NCBI GenBank assembly: GCA_010909165.1
Contig: MU008171.1
Location: 124,001-188,000 of the forward strand
Direction: 5' to 3'
DNA from: Anthoceros angustus
Lineage: Eukaryota > Plantae > Anthocerotophyta
DNA: 64,000 bases
Numbering within the stretch: the first letter of the stretch is position 1; every line of letters begins with the position of its first letter. The notes beneath the pieces are model-generated. The model saw only the letters and a program-made list of their open reading frames with translations. It was not told the DNA's origin and did not search any database. Position numbers and translations under genes: made by a program. Of the stretch, positions 1 to 11,957 are shown in pieces.

Positions 1-869
1 TCCTGCGTGCACTGTCGACAAAGATGCGGCATCGGAATCGTTTGACTGTACAGTGCTCCGCTACAGACGCCGTCTATGTGTGTGCTGTACGCGGTCGCAT
101 TTCGGCGGCAGACTGGTTTTCAAGCCACCGCGATTGTTCAACACCTACATATATGTTCAAGGAAAACTCAGAATTTAATCAAAATTGTGTCACTCATAAT
201 AACTATTATTCTAATCCTAGTTTTCCTGGCTGACCATTAAATGGTCACTGGTGATCCTTGTTTGCTGCTCTGTTGTTTTGAAATGTGCAAAATGAACCTA
301 CCTACATATTTTAATTTTCTATCATTTTAATAATTGTGAATATATCATTTTTATTTTAAAAATAAATTAATATGTATAATTCTGAGATAGAAGAGGGGTA
401 ACTGTGATGAAGAAAAAAGAAGAAGAAGGAAGTAGCCCACTTTGAAGAAATTTTCCTCCATGGGACTTGGTACTTGACAACTTCTACCATGGTGTGCTTA
501 AGCTATTAGCACCAAGGGCATCCATAGGTTCTTTCACACTTGCTGCCAAACACAAAACCTCATGTCACCAAATTATCCAAGAGTACACTAGGAATATAAT
601 GAACAGGGTAGGGGATGTATAAGTGTGCTTCATATCCAGAGCAAAAAGAGCCATGGGTCGCATCCACTGCCTATAGGCACCCCATCTTAGTATCAATCGA
701 AGCGTAGAATGCTTAACAAGAGGGCATCTACTCCCTCTAAACAAGAGGGAATCCACTCCCTCTAAACACCCCATTTAAGTATGGATCCAAGCGCAGGATG
801 TTTAACAAACACATTCTTATGAATATGTGTTCATTTGGCCTGAGCCATTTGGAGACATACTAGGACAAA

Positions 870-1110
870 ACAATCCCAATTACAAATAATAGAGGTTCAA
901 AACGTCCCAATTACATATAAGAGAGGTTTAAAACTTCTCAATTACAAATTAGAGAGGTTCAAAACATCCCAATTACAAATTAGAGATGTCCCAATTATGA
1001 ATGAGAGAGGTTTCTCATTTATGGCATTGCACATTGAAGGAGTAAGCTCCGGCATCCCAATTAAAGGGTTTCCCATTTAGAGGGGTCCCAATAAGAGGAG
1101 GTGGATGATG
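870..1110. mobile_element. Remnant right end of a pogo/Tc1-mariner-like non-autonomous element with ~31-bp subterminal repeats
   Basis: Repeated TCCCAATTACAAATTAGAGAGGTT units. The tail (…GGAGTAAGCTCCGGCATCCCAATT…GGGGTCCCAATAAGAGG) matches the right end of the element at 8194-8914. Confidence 0.65.
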
Positions 1111-1388
1111 CATATGTACATATTGTCCTTACCATATGTGTTTCACACACATAGTTATGTACATATTGTCAGTTACTGTGTTTGTTTCGCACGTTTCTTC
1201 TAAACCTAAGAGCAAGGACAAAGGTTTATATAAACATACATATTAGTTAGTCCATGTTCATAACGTATCAAACCCTAAGCTCTAAACCCTTATCTTTGAT
1301 AAAATTTACAAAAATCAAAATAAACTATGATGGAGGAAAGATAGCACAATACTCAAATGGTACAGCAACACTGAGAATGCGAATATGT

Positions 1389-2480
1389 TTAATCTTCTCT
1401 TGAATCCTCGGATCTTAAACTTGTGCAAACGTCTGCTAGTACACTTAGCGGCAACCAAGGATCATTAGGGCTTAGTTCGGTAAGAGGGACATATGTAACA
1501 TGTCTCAAACCAACTCTAGATGGGATTTGTGATTCTTCTATAGTACCACCAGCCTCATTGGGCACATTGTCCTCTCCTGCACCAGCGGCAACATGCACAT
1601 CATCTTTTTCCGCACCAGACTCATTGGGCACATTATCTCCTTCTGCACCAGCGACAACGTGCACATCATCTTCTTGCGCAATAGAATCATTGGGCACATT
1701 ATCTTTTTCTGCACTAGCCCCACCATGCACATATTTAGGTTCCATGTGTATCTCTTCCTTCGTACCCAAAGTGCTCTCCACCAAATTTTGCTCTATAAAA
1801 CATAACTCAACTTCAAGTTTCTTACGTATTTCTTCCCCTCCATGAGATTCACCACGCACATCTCCCTTGGACTTAACACAGAGATGGTGTACATTTCGTT
1901 CTATAGAAGCGCACTCGAGTCCAACACTCACAGTACCCGAAGACGATGCATGGTAAGTGTTTACAGGCACTACATTTGTTGTAGACGGTGCAATATCATT
2001 TCCAGCCATAACAACATAAGTAGAAATAGATGATGTTGTGGGTATCCGTACACAAGAATAGTAGCATTGTACACTACAATAATTCCATTTATCGTCTTGT
2101 AGGTCTTTCCGGCAAGCTATACAACTTTTCGCCATGGATCCATGTTTCCTGCTTGTTCCCGTGGTTTGCTGGTGAAGAAAGGTGTAAACATCTCCATTTA
2201 ATTTATGAGTGCATTTAATGCCACTGTTCTCAATGTCCACTCCTAAAACGTTAAGTGTATTACTCTTCAATCCAAATCCTCTTCTGTCAATAATAAAAAA
2301 TTGCACACACAAGTGACTTTTGTGGTGACTCCCCACACATTGAACGCAATAAACCATGGAATCGTTACATGTTATGCAATAATAATTACACTTCATGTCA
2401 TGTTTCTCGCATAGTGTAAACTTATCACGAGAAATATTTTTTGCACAAACCAAGTCTTTCATCCAACTTGGAAGCGTCAT
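1389..2480 (-). CDS. Divergent intronless PLATZ-family zinc-binding protein (363 aa) with acidic 22-aa repeats
   Basis: PSW…CEKH…CNYYCITC…CVQC…HHKSH..VQ and CIACRKDL…YCSVQC follow the two PLATZ zinc clusters. Three 66-nt repeats (TCATTGGGCAC at 1555, 1621, 1687) lie in the C-terminal half. Confidence 0.75.
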   Translation of the reverse strand: MTLPSWMKDLVCAKNISRDKFTLCEKHDMKCNYYCITCNDSMVYCVQCVGSHHKSHLCVQFFIIDRRGFGLKSNTLNVLGVDIENSGIKCTHKLNGDVYTFLHQQTTGTSRKHGSMAKSCIACRKDLQDDKWNYCSVQCYYSCVRIPTTSSISTYVVMAGNDIAPSTTNVVPVNTYHASSSGTVSVGLECASIERNVHHLCVKSKGDVRGESHGGEEIRKKLEVELCFIEQNLVESTLGTKEEIHMEPKYVHGGASAEKDNVPNDSIAQEDDVHVVAGAEGDNVPNESGAEKDDVHVAAGAGEDNVPNEAGGTIEESQIPSRVGLRHVTYVPLTELSPNDPWLPLSVLADVCTSLRSEDSRED

Positions 2481-3009
2481 AATAAATAACTGAAAATCCG
2501 TACTATAGCCCTATGGTCTATGCCCAATAGCTAGTGACATACAACCCTCTTTTTCAAACTCTTCTCAACATCAAACTTGAACTCCTTCCACATAGTCCGT
2601 TGTACCAATAAAAAGTATCCTAATACTAAATGAGACCATCGTTAGTGAGATACCAGGAACAACATCATGCTCTTATACACATCGTAGAAGGATTTAAAAA
2701 AGAATATTATTATCATGACCTAAATATTCAATGTAGCCTCTTCTAAAATAGTATTCTCTTTAAGGGCACCCATAAGGAGATGAAAAAGGAAGGTCCCTTA
2801 GGGATCCACTAAGATATAGAAATAATTCAAATAATAAATATGTTCTGAAGCTCATTTCAAATAGAACCTTTCTTATGTATATCAGTTCCAAACATGTACA
2901 GACTCAATTCTTTATGTGTCGAGAACAGATAAAATCAGCAAGCCTCTTGAGAGGCTGGTGGACACTTGGAGTTCCGGTGAGAGCAGGCGGATGGATTCCC
3001 ACGAAAAGG

Positions 3010-3095
3010 TAGAATGTTCCAACCTGCTGAGGGATGGGTAGAATGTTCCTACCTGTTAACATAAGCATTCTCAAGAATGACTAGAATGTTCCAAC
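3010..3095. promoter_or_regulatory. Cluster of three AGAATGTTCC (nGAAnnTTCn) heat-shock-element-like motifs
   Basis: AGAATGTTCC at 3011, 3040 and 3083, about 530-610 bp upstream of the PLATZ-like ATG and 3' of the VHA-d gene. Confidence 0.35.
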
Positions 3096-3455
3096 CTCTT
3101 TGCCAAAAGCAAAGGTCAGGAGATCATCCTTATTTTATGATCCATTCCGGAATGAAATCGTGCATTTGAATGGATCGCACTTCCCGAGAACCAGTCGCTC
3201 GCTTTATGTTGTTAGCCACAGGAATTTGGCACATTATCGCTGCTAACAAGACGTCATGGACGAGATTGGAACGGCACTTGCACCAGGAAATATACACTCT
3301 TTGATTAGCAAGCTTTGCAATAAGTCGGCACATGAATGACTTCCAGAACTTTGAAGGGGGCATACGTTCCTCTCTTCGCTTCAAACCCAGAAAAGCAAGA
3401 AAAACAGTAAGTACATCTAGTGCAAACATATCATCACAATGCTGATGACTTCCGC

Positions 3456-5403
3456 TTAGAATATCAGCACAATGCCGTCGTGAATGCGAGACTTCTGGTC
3501 TTGAGCTACACACTCCGAAATCCACATAAGATTGCGGGTTTCCTGTTCTCGCAGTCTCATGTAGGCGAAAAATACTGCGTAGTGAAACTGCAATCAAACA
3601 GAGTTCGTGAGACAGGGCCTTTGCCCTTATTTTTGCACAGCGAGATAAAGAAGAAAGGTATGTGAACAATACCTGCTGCTCAAAGGATAAGGTGAGCCTT
3701 TTGACTTCCTCTTCATAGAATGCCTTGTCGAGCATCTGACCCTCCCCATCCGAAAGCTTGGAAAAAATTGAGTGGTATGGAGGATACTTCTCCATAGCCC
3801 CTCGAACCTGCTCAAGGAAAACTTGAAGTTACATTGGACACGTGGGGATCAAGGAGACACCAGACAGCACTCCTGTAAGGTCCAGAAACGTTTCCCACCT
3901 GATCAAAATCCTCACACAGAGCGAGGTCCTCATGACCATACGGGTACCTGTACACAAAGCAGAGCAAACATAAAACTTACAGGTACAAGAAGAAGCTATC
4001 AGAAAGAATGCGGCACAGCATTACACACCAGTCAAGTAACTTACAAAAGGCCAAAATTCGAGTACAGTTTTCGTCGGTCATCTCGGGTAAGCTCTGTACC
4101 AATGCTGCAATAAATCACAGGTCAGATGAAAGCTGAACACAACTCTAATCGTACGAGGGCTTCATATTTCTCAACGGTCCGATAGAGAGCAGATTTGACG
4201 TAATACTAGTAACAAACCTGTTGATTGTGATGTTCACAGCCCTCCGGTCAGCTTCAAATTCTAGCAGCTCGCACATTATTTCAGCTGTAGCACCACCCAG
4301 CCTCTGCTACGATGAACATGCAAATGTGAGATCTTCGCAAAAGCAAAGCTGCAAGTACTCCAGCTCCTGCCCCAAACTCACCTGGCAGAACTTGTAAAAG
4401 TCCTCCAAATATGCCTTGTACAAGGTATTTCGCATGATCTCTATGTTCATGTCATCGAGATCCTGCAAGACGAACCAACATCAAGACCAAGACTATCCCG
4501 ACCTCTTCAACACCAACAAGACAGACCACAAATCACCTCCGAGGTGATGCAGTCCTCAAAGTAGGGAGCCAACGGAGTGTCCACAAGCACCAACCGGTAC
4601 AGTTCTCGCATGTTTTGAGCAACTGCCAGGGTTCCAATACTGCATCAGGGGCACTCAAGCCCTTTAATACATTTGATACCCAAGCCAAACAAAATGACTC
4701 AAATAGTCGATCTTCCGCAACAGCCTCACCAGCTTCTCACCTGTCAAACATGCCCAGCGGATGACACTTCTCCAGAAGCTCCCGCACATCCCGTTCATGC
4801 AGGGTTCCCGTGACAATGAGCACAACATTGTCGATCATATGACCATACCTGTGCACGAGCCCGAGCCACCTTAGCAGCTGTTACAGCTCTTAACCACTGA
4901 CGGCACCTGTTCCACATCTCCCAAACATGCCAAGCACAGACCAACTCACGTAGTGTACTCCAAGAACTTTGAAAGAGGCGGAGTAGCGTGAGCCAGCATG
5001 TGCGTGTACTCGTCCACCAGTTTCTGAGTGCACTTCTCCACTATAGTTGTTGTGTGCAGAGGAGAGGGCTCTGGAGCAAACAACAACGCCACCACAATCA
5101 ACAGACATGACCCATCCTCTCACGTTGCTAGATCTGCACTGCGATCCCGCCTGCCTCCCATCCCAAGCAGAGCAAAGCATGAGAACCAAAATTGGTGCAG
5201 GACCGGAGTGCAAGAGACCGACCATTCTGGAGATAGGGCCCAAAATCCGTGGCGGAAAGATGCAATTTGATGTCATCCAAAGTCTCACACTGGCACAGAT
5301 TGTTGTAGTCCACGGCCGTGAGCAGCCCGGATCTGTAACCTCGCACGATGGCTTCCAAGAAGCCGCCCTCGACATTGAACGTCATCGCCTCGAGTCCGTA
5401 CAT
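3456..5403 (-). CDS. VHA-d: V-type proton ATPase subunit d (multi-exon)
   Basis: Exon 1 reads [29 protein letters not shown]…; internal [18 protein letters not shown] and [14 protein letters not shown]; C-terminus [13 protein letters not shown] with TAA at 3458-3456. Start context GCCACCATG; GT-AG introns. Confidence 0.97.
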
Positions 5404-5731
5404 GGTGGCTGAGAAGGGGAGAACCCGGTCTCCTGCAGGTGATGCTCCAAAGGGGCTCGAGCGCAAGAGCCCAGGTGTCTGCTGCTCTCCTGCCTTCCGC
5501 AACCCACTCTCATCATATGCTTCCATGGCAGAACTATGTATGGAACATTAATCTGAATTAATTAGGGGAAATTAATTGACGACTGTCCAACGCTGCTTGC
5601 TGCTTTCATTCCTGCTGGTGCTGCGAGTTGCCTGGAATCCAGCCCCGTCTTGCACTCTGCCGCCTCTGCGATCGAGAGTCGAGAGTCGATCTGGTTGTTG
5701 TGTGTGCGCGTCTCTACAGGCCGGCTTGGCA
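5404..5731. promoter_or_regulatory. Putative bidirectional promoter and 5' UTRs between VHA-d and succinyl-CoA ligase alpha
   Basis: Only 328 bp separate the divergent start codons; AT-rich core at ~5547-5580. Confidence 0.6.
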
Positions 5732-7664
5732 ATGAGGGCCGTACGGAGCGCTGTGAAGGTTGCACAGCAGATTGGCAGGAATGTGACCTCAGGGCAGCAG
5801 GAGGCAGCAGGATCATGGCCGCAGCAGGTGCGGCGGCTTGGATCCACTGCGCAGCCGGCCGTTTTCGTGGACAAGAACACCCGCGTCATCTGCCAGGGCA
5901 TCACAGGCAAGAACGGGACCTTCCACACGGAACAGGCAATCGAGTACGGGACAAACATGGTGCTTTCCTTTGAATGTCTTGATCCTTTTAGGCATGGTGT
6001 GGTTCAGGGGGTGCTGCGCTGTTTCGCCTTTGCCTGGCCTTGCTTTGCGGTCTGGTCAAAGTGTTTTTCGCTCCCAGATCGGAGTTGTTGTACGCTGCCC
6101 TAATGGCCTGGCAGTCTCGGAAGGGAGGGAGGACCAAATTACCGATGTGGTTTGCTTGTGGATACCGTCCGATCTGATCTGCTTTGCTGTGCTGTTCTGT
6201 GGGGCTGCGCTACAACGAGGCAGCCCGCTTAGGATGAACGAGTATGTCTTCTCGTGTGGATTTTGGGTGCTCTGTCTGCGTTTTGACACCAACGCAAGCC
6301 GGGCAGTCTGTTTGGCTGTTATTAGGGCGTAAGCAAGACGCTGCTCTAAGCTGTTTCATTTGTTTGTAATGGCATCAGGTTGGGGGTGTGACTCCCAAGA
6401 AGGGAGGGACAGAACACTTGGGGCTGCCTGTTTTTGACTCTGTGGCTGATGCCAAAAGAGAGACAAAAGCAAACGCTACCGTGATCTACGTGCCTCCAAA
6501 GGGTGCAGCAGCAGCTATTCTGGAAGCTGTGGAGGCTGAGCTTGATCTTGTGGTCTGCATCACCGAGGGGATCCCCCAGCATGACATGGTTTCCACCTTA
6601 CACCTTTTCGCACAGCTTTGATTTGGTATGCTTCAATTGTAACTCTGCGTACAGGAGGGGATAGATCTTGGGATGGGTCTCCTTTGAAGTTTCTGTTTTT
6701 TACACTGTCCAATAATACCTACCAGGTGAAAGTGAAATCAGCGCTGACGTCGCAGTCCAAGACGAGGCTGATTGGCCCCAACTGTCCAGGCATCATAAAG
6801 CCTGGTGAGTGCAAGATTGGCATAATGCCTGGATATATTCATAAACCTGGAAGAATTGGCATCGTTTCTCGGTCAGGCACCTTGACTTATGAAGCAGTAA
6901 GTTTGCAGTGGCCGAGCAGTCCACTTCGGTGTTGTCGGACATGGTCACTGTACAGATTGTTTAAGCATGGTGTGGATTTTTCAGGTATTTCAAACAACAG
7001 CTGTTGGGCTTGGACAGTCTACCTGTATTGGTATTGGTGGCGATCCTTTCAATGGCACTAATTTTGTTGACTGCCTGGAGCGTTTTGTGAAAGATCCTCA
7101 AACGGAAGGTGAGTTGTCTGCCATTTGGAAGGAAAGCCTTGTGAAGTGTCTGGGATGTGAACCACAGCTTGGTCTCAAAGCTCCTGTTTCACTTGCCGTG
7201 AAGGCATTATCCTCATAGGGGAGATCGGTGGATCTGCAGAGGAAGATGCTGCTGCATTTATCAAAGTAAGCCGGCTGGGCTAGCTGATGTTTCTTTGTGG
7301 GTAGATCCTAGCGCCAATATGCCCTTGTGCAAACTGAGCTGGGTGTGATTTACAGGAAAGCGGGACGGAAAAACCAGTTGTGTCCTTCATTGCAGGCCTT
7401 ACTGCTCCCCCTGGCCGGCGAATGGGCCATGCTGGTGGTGGGTTGTCGTTTCCTTCCTTTCCTTGCCTTGCCTACTGGTCCCACACGAGCTTTTTTTTAA
7501 CGACGACTGGTTGTTGGGTGTGTGCAGCAATTATCTCTGGCGGGAAAGGAACCGCACAGGACAAGATCAAAACCCTGAAATCTGCTGGCGTGACAGTGGT
7601 CGAATCTCCAGCCCAGATTGGCACTGCAATGCACAGTGTGTTCAAGTCCAGGGGTCTTCTGTGA
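5732..7664 (+). CDS. SUCLG1: Succinyl-CoA ligase [ADP-forming] subunit alpha, mitochondrial (multi-exon)
   Basis: Arg/Ala-rich presequence, then [61 protein letters not shown] and the phospho-His motif GRRMGHAG. Stop at 7664. Confidence 0.97.
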
Positions 7665-7678
7665 CTCTGATGTTTCTT

Positions 7679-8163
7679 GCCTTTTATCCCCTACTTTCCC
7701 CAACTTTTGGGATCACTAGTGTCTTTTTCGCTTATTTTTTCCAGCCTTTGGCCTTTGAGGTGGCAAAACGTTACTTTCCCAGTCATCCTCTGCTTATTTT
7801 CCGGGCATTTCAAGAGCAAGAAAGTCGGCCTGCAGCAGGCCTTGGAAAACTGTCCTTGTGTGCCCCTCCTTCTGTTCACATCCGAAGTATTTCCATCAGT
7901 TTGAGTTGAAGGACACGGCCTTTTATCCCCTACTTTCCCCAACTTTTGAGATCATTAGTGTCTCTTTCGCTTAATTTTTCCAGCCTTTGGCCTTCGAGGT
8001 GGCAAAACACTACTTTCCCAGTCATCCGCTCCTTATTTTCCGGCCATTTCAAGGGCAATAAAGTTGGCCTGCAGCAGGCCTTGGAAAACGATGTTCTTGT
8101 ATGCCCCTCCTCCAGTTCACACCCGAAGTATTTCTATCAGTTTGAGCTGAAGGACACCGCCTT
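7679..8163. repeat. Tandem duplication of ~239 bp in the 3' region of succinyl-CoA ligase alpha
   Basis: GCCTTTTATCCCCTACTTTCCCCAACTTTT begins at 7679 and 7918; the copies are similar throughout. Confidence 0.9.
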
Positions 8164-8193
8164 TACGTCCCTCTAGGCTTTCATAACCCCATA

Positions 8194-8914
8194 CAGTCAG
8201 ACCCCTCCAATTGGGAACAATTGGGAGTAGCAAAAATCGTCCCATTTAGAGGGGTTCCCGTTTAGGCATTTTCATCTTTTTTGAAAATAAAAATATTTAA
8301 AACAAATCAAAATCCTTTAAATCAAAAATTCGAAAGAGCTTAAAAGCTTCCAAAAAATCCAAAAAATCCAAAAAATCCAAAATGCTCCCTCATACTACAT
8401 AGCTGCCAACTTAATTCTAGTTTGCCAGGTTAAAATAATCATCAATTCTTGATTGATGCTGAGTTGTTTTCATCCAATGACTAGCAATATGTTTTTCCAA
8501 CTGAGAATGCAACTTCAAAGCATCAAGAGTGTTATGTGGCATCTCTTCCAAAACATCTTCGCTATCCTCATAGCATTATCTACAAGATCCTTTGTACGGT
8601 CTTCGCGCTATGGTCTCCACTGACGCTGTATCATTCTCCTCACCCTCCTCATTGACAGGCGGAGGAATTAATGCTTGCCATATTTCATCCTCTCTACGAA
8701 TATACGCAATCTCGATAAGACGATTTCCTCAATTTTTCTATTTTTTAAAAAAAATATGTATTTTCCCTTTTACAGAGGTGTACTTGCATTGAATGTTTGG
8801 AAGACATGTTCCCATTTACAAATTAGAGGGGTTTCCCATTTAGCATGTAGCACATTCAAGGGAGTAAGCCCAGGCGTCCCATTTATAGGGGTCCCAATTA
8901 GAGGGGTTTGATTG
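8194..8914. mobile_element. Non-autonomous pogo/Tc1-mariner-type TIR element (~720 bp)
   Basis: Left TA|CAGTCAGACCCCTCCAATTGGGA pairs with right TCCCAATTAGAGGGGTTTGATTG|TA. TA target duplication at 8192-8193 and 8915-8916. Confidence 0.85.
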
Positions 8915-8984
8915 TACTTCCCTCTCATGGCGGGCATTAGCTTACGTTCAACAAGGACACTATACGGAACAGGTAAAGTTCAAT

Positions 8985-9085
8985 GCTCCACTTGAAAGGA
9001 ACCAATTTCTGGTTAAACACTTCACTATCTCACAGCTCCACTTGAAAGGAACCAATTTCTGGCTAAACACAGTCACTATCTCACA
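8985..9085. repeat. 50-bp direct tandem duplication
   Basis: GCTCCACTTGAAAGGAACCAATTTCTGG at 8985 and 9035. Confidence 0.9.
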
Positions 9086-9265
9086 CCTTTTCTATCTTTA
9101 ATTCGCCACTGGTTGTCTTTGACTTTCTTCCCCACCAAGACGGTGCAAAGAATAAGCTTCGGAAACCTTTTTCTCATTGAAACTACAGCACAAGAAGTAG
9201 CAAGCAAGTTAAAGCACACCAAGCACACCTTAGAATAAACCTCGGAAATCTTATTCTCATTGAAA

Positions 9266-9650
9266 ATACAGCACGAGGAGTAGCAAGTAGGTTAAAAATG
9301 CAGCACGAGGAGTAGCAATTAGGTTAATGTAGCACGAGGAGTAGCATACCAGTAGGTTAATGCAGCAGGAGGAGGAGTAGCATACCAGTAGGTTAATGTA
9401 GCAAGAGGAGGAGTAGCAAGTAGGTTAATGCAGCAGGAGGAGGAGTAGCAAGTAGGTTAATGTAGCACGAGGAGGAGTAGCAAGTAGGTTAATGCAGCAG
9501 CAGGAGGAGGAGTGGCTAGTAGGTTAGTGTAGCACGAGGAGGAGTAGCAAGTAGGTTAATGCAGCAGGAGGAGGAGTAGCAAGTAAGTTAATGTAGCACG
9601 AGAAGGAGTAGCAAGTAGGTTAATGCAGCACGAGGAGTAGCAAGTAGGTG
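9266..9650. repeat. ~30-bp minisatellite
   Basis: About 12 variant copies of (T/C)AGCA(C/G)GAGGAGGAGTAGCAAGTAGGTTAATG. Confidence 0.9.
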
Positions 9651-10002
9651 AAAGCACTCCTTCGATTATTTGCAGATTGTTAGAAAAAGAAGAAGTTAAA
9701 GCAGCAGTTTGTTAGAAGAAGAAGTTAAAGTACTCCTTAGATGATCCAGTAGAAGATCAAGGTGCTCATTAGCTTTGCCCAACCAGCTTTATGTGGAGTA
9801 TTGAGGTTCAACCCATGTGATAAGTCAGGCAATGATAAGAGATTATATGACAATGTGCTCCTTACTATTTAATATTTAAACTTTTACATATAATAAATTA
9901 GTGAATTAATAGAATATTTTTAATGATTTTACATACATCCATATCTTCTCATATTTTTGAGTCAATCACCCACATCATGAACATTTTGAGTTTTTCTTCG
10001 TT

Positions 10003-11957
10003 CTAGTCTCCATTAATGATATTTAGTTCCATGTCAAGGACATTATCATAACCTATGTGCATTGAGTACAAAGTAGTCAACAAAGAGTGAATTTTTCTGA
10101 TTTAATTATTCATATATATAATATTACTGGCTAACAAAATATGTCAAAATAAAGCAACTAGTTCATAACATATAGAAGAATAAAGTTTTAAATAAATTAC
10201 CTTGATTCCGTACAACATCCGAGAAGATATGCCTCAACTTTGCATAAATCTCATCCGACTCGTCATCATTTTCAAGATCACGCAAAGCAATCATGATATT
10301 TTTTAAGATCTGAAAACCACATATATCATAGGTAGCAAAAAGATATAAAAATAATTTGAATAAAAAAAGATTTATTTCAATATGATATAAGTATTGTATT
10401 TGATAAGAAAGATATGAAGCGCTTAAATGAACAACAGTTTGGTAAGATACTAGAGCACATACTACAAACCTTTAGTTCAAGTTGAGCGTTTTCATGTTTT
10501 GTAGTTACAACTAAGCTTTGTGCTGGATTTCTTGAGTGTTCGCATAAGCGTTGTAGTGTTAAGTTCAAACAATGAAGATCAACCCACCTGTCATAAATAT
10601 TAGTTCATGGGGAATTTGAGGAAAACACAATTCCCTTGTACTTCACTTGGTTTAACATACCTATGTTCAATATCTTTTATTTTTGAACCATTAAAATCTA
10701 TTATGTATAGCTGCAATAAGAAAACATTGTGAACATTGTGAAAATACGCTTCTATGAATTGAGATTCCGATTGAAGAAAAAAGTTGCACCAACCTGGTTA
10801 TAGTTGAGATCCATGAGAAAATGTTCGAGTTTCAAGTCGCCGTGAATCACATTTCGGGAGTGCATATATTGCACAATGTTGATCTGCTATAACAAACAGA
10901 TGTGGATGTGATGTTGCATCTAATGTGGAAACCCAGCAATAATATTCATAGTTATGATATAAATGTGTATTATACCATCTGCAATGCTAATAGACAAATT
11001 GTCTTGAGAGAGAGTGCCGATAATCTCCATCGCTTCAGATTATCAATTATGAGCACATCATATGTGCCCATATCCCCGCATACAACATCACATTGAAACC
11101 CATAGAGCTTTGGAATACCAATACCATCTTTTAGGGTTTCATACGCCAATCGTTCGATATTAAATGAATCATTATTCCCCCTATTACGCTGTAATTTGAT
11201 TGCTACTACATTCTGGTGCTCTATGTCTAACCCTGCAAAAAAAAAAGAATCAAAATAATATTTGGCAATATCATTAACATCAATCCCGAATGGATGTATA
11301 TTCAAAATGAGCATGACCAGCCAATTCAACTGATCTACCATATTTCTCCACATAATTTTATTTCTTATATTTAGAATTTTGAAAACAAATGCAATCAATT
11401 TTCGTGTATTTGCCAATGCGTCATTGGTCTCGATTGTTTGGTTTATAAAATTTCCTTTTATCTAGTTCCAACAGGCAAGGTTAATAAACTATTTCAACGT
11501 GTTCCATCAAACCGTAAACATATGTATGCTTGCAAGTTTCTTTGTAGTTCCTCATATATGTTTTCCTATTTTACACATATATGATGGTCTATCTTTGGAA
11601 AACTTCTCACTCCTGAGTTCATGAACATGTATATATATAGCTTCTGACATACATCTACTTTGAACACACATCAACAACGAGATGATATTTTGCAAAACAT
11701 GCAAAAGTATTGTTTTCACATAGTGCATCCTATTTGTTATTGTTTAATAGTCTATAATACATACTAACAAGGGAATAAAACCACTCTCGGCTGATAAGGG
11801 TTAAACACAAAATGAGAGGATAACTTATTCTCGTATATCTTGGTTGATATACAAAATAAGCAAATAACTTACCTTCGTATACTTTTCCCGATGCTCCAGA
11901 ACCAATGCACTTCCCTATCCGATATTGCTTCCCACCACACGAGATCTCTATAGCCAT
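10003..11957 (-). CDS. Shortened, divergent casein kinase 1-like protein (7 exons, ~252 aa)
   Basis: Exons 11957-11873, 11232-10976, 10883-10794, 10710-10661, 10587-10470, 10309-10201, 10052-10003 have GT-AG borders and splice in frame. Motifs IGSGASGKVY, VAIK, GIPKL, LSLKTICLLALQM (CK1 hallmark), IHGDLKLEHFL, LYIIDFNG, YAKLRHIF…QG. Confidence 0.8.

Noticed and set aside
1271-1291. Telomere-type AAACCCT motifs
   Set aside because: Two isolated copies only, not an interstitial telomere tract.
5404-5526. 41-aa N-terminal extension of VHA-d from the ATG at 5526
   Set aside because: Homology starts at MYGLEA, which has a strong GCCACCATG context; the upstream ATG probably lies outside the transcript.
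9266-9650. Regular ~30-bp repeats as a CRISPR-like array
   Set aside because: Head-to-tail units with no unique spacers, no cas genes, and a eukaryotic context; an ordinary minisatellite.
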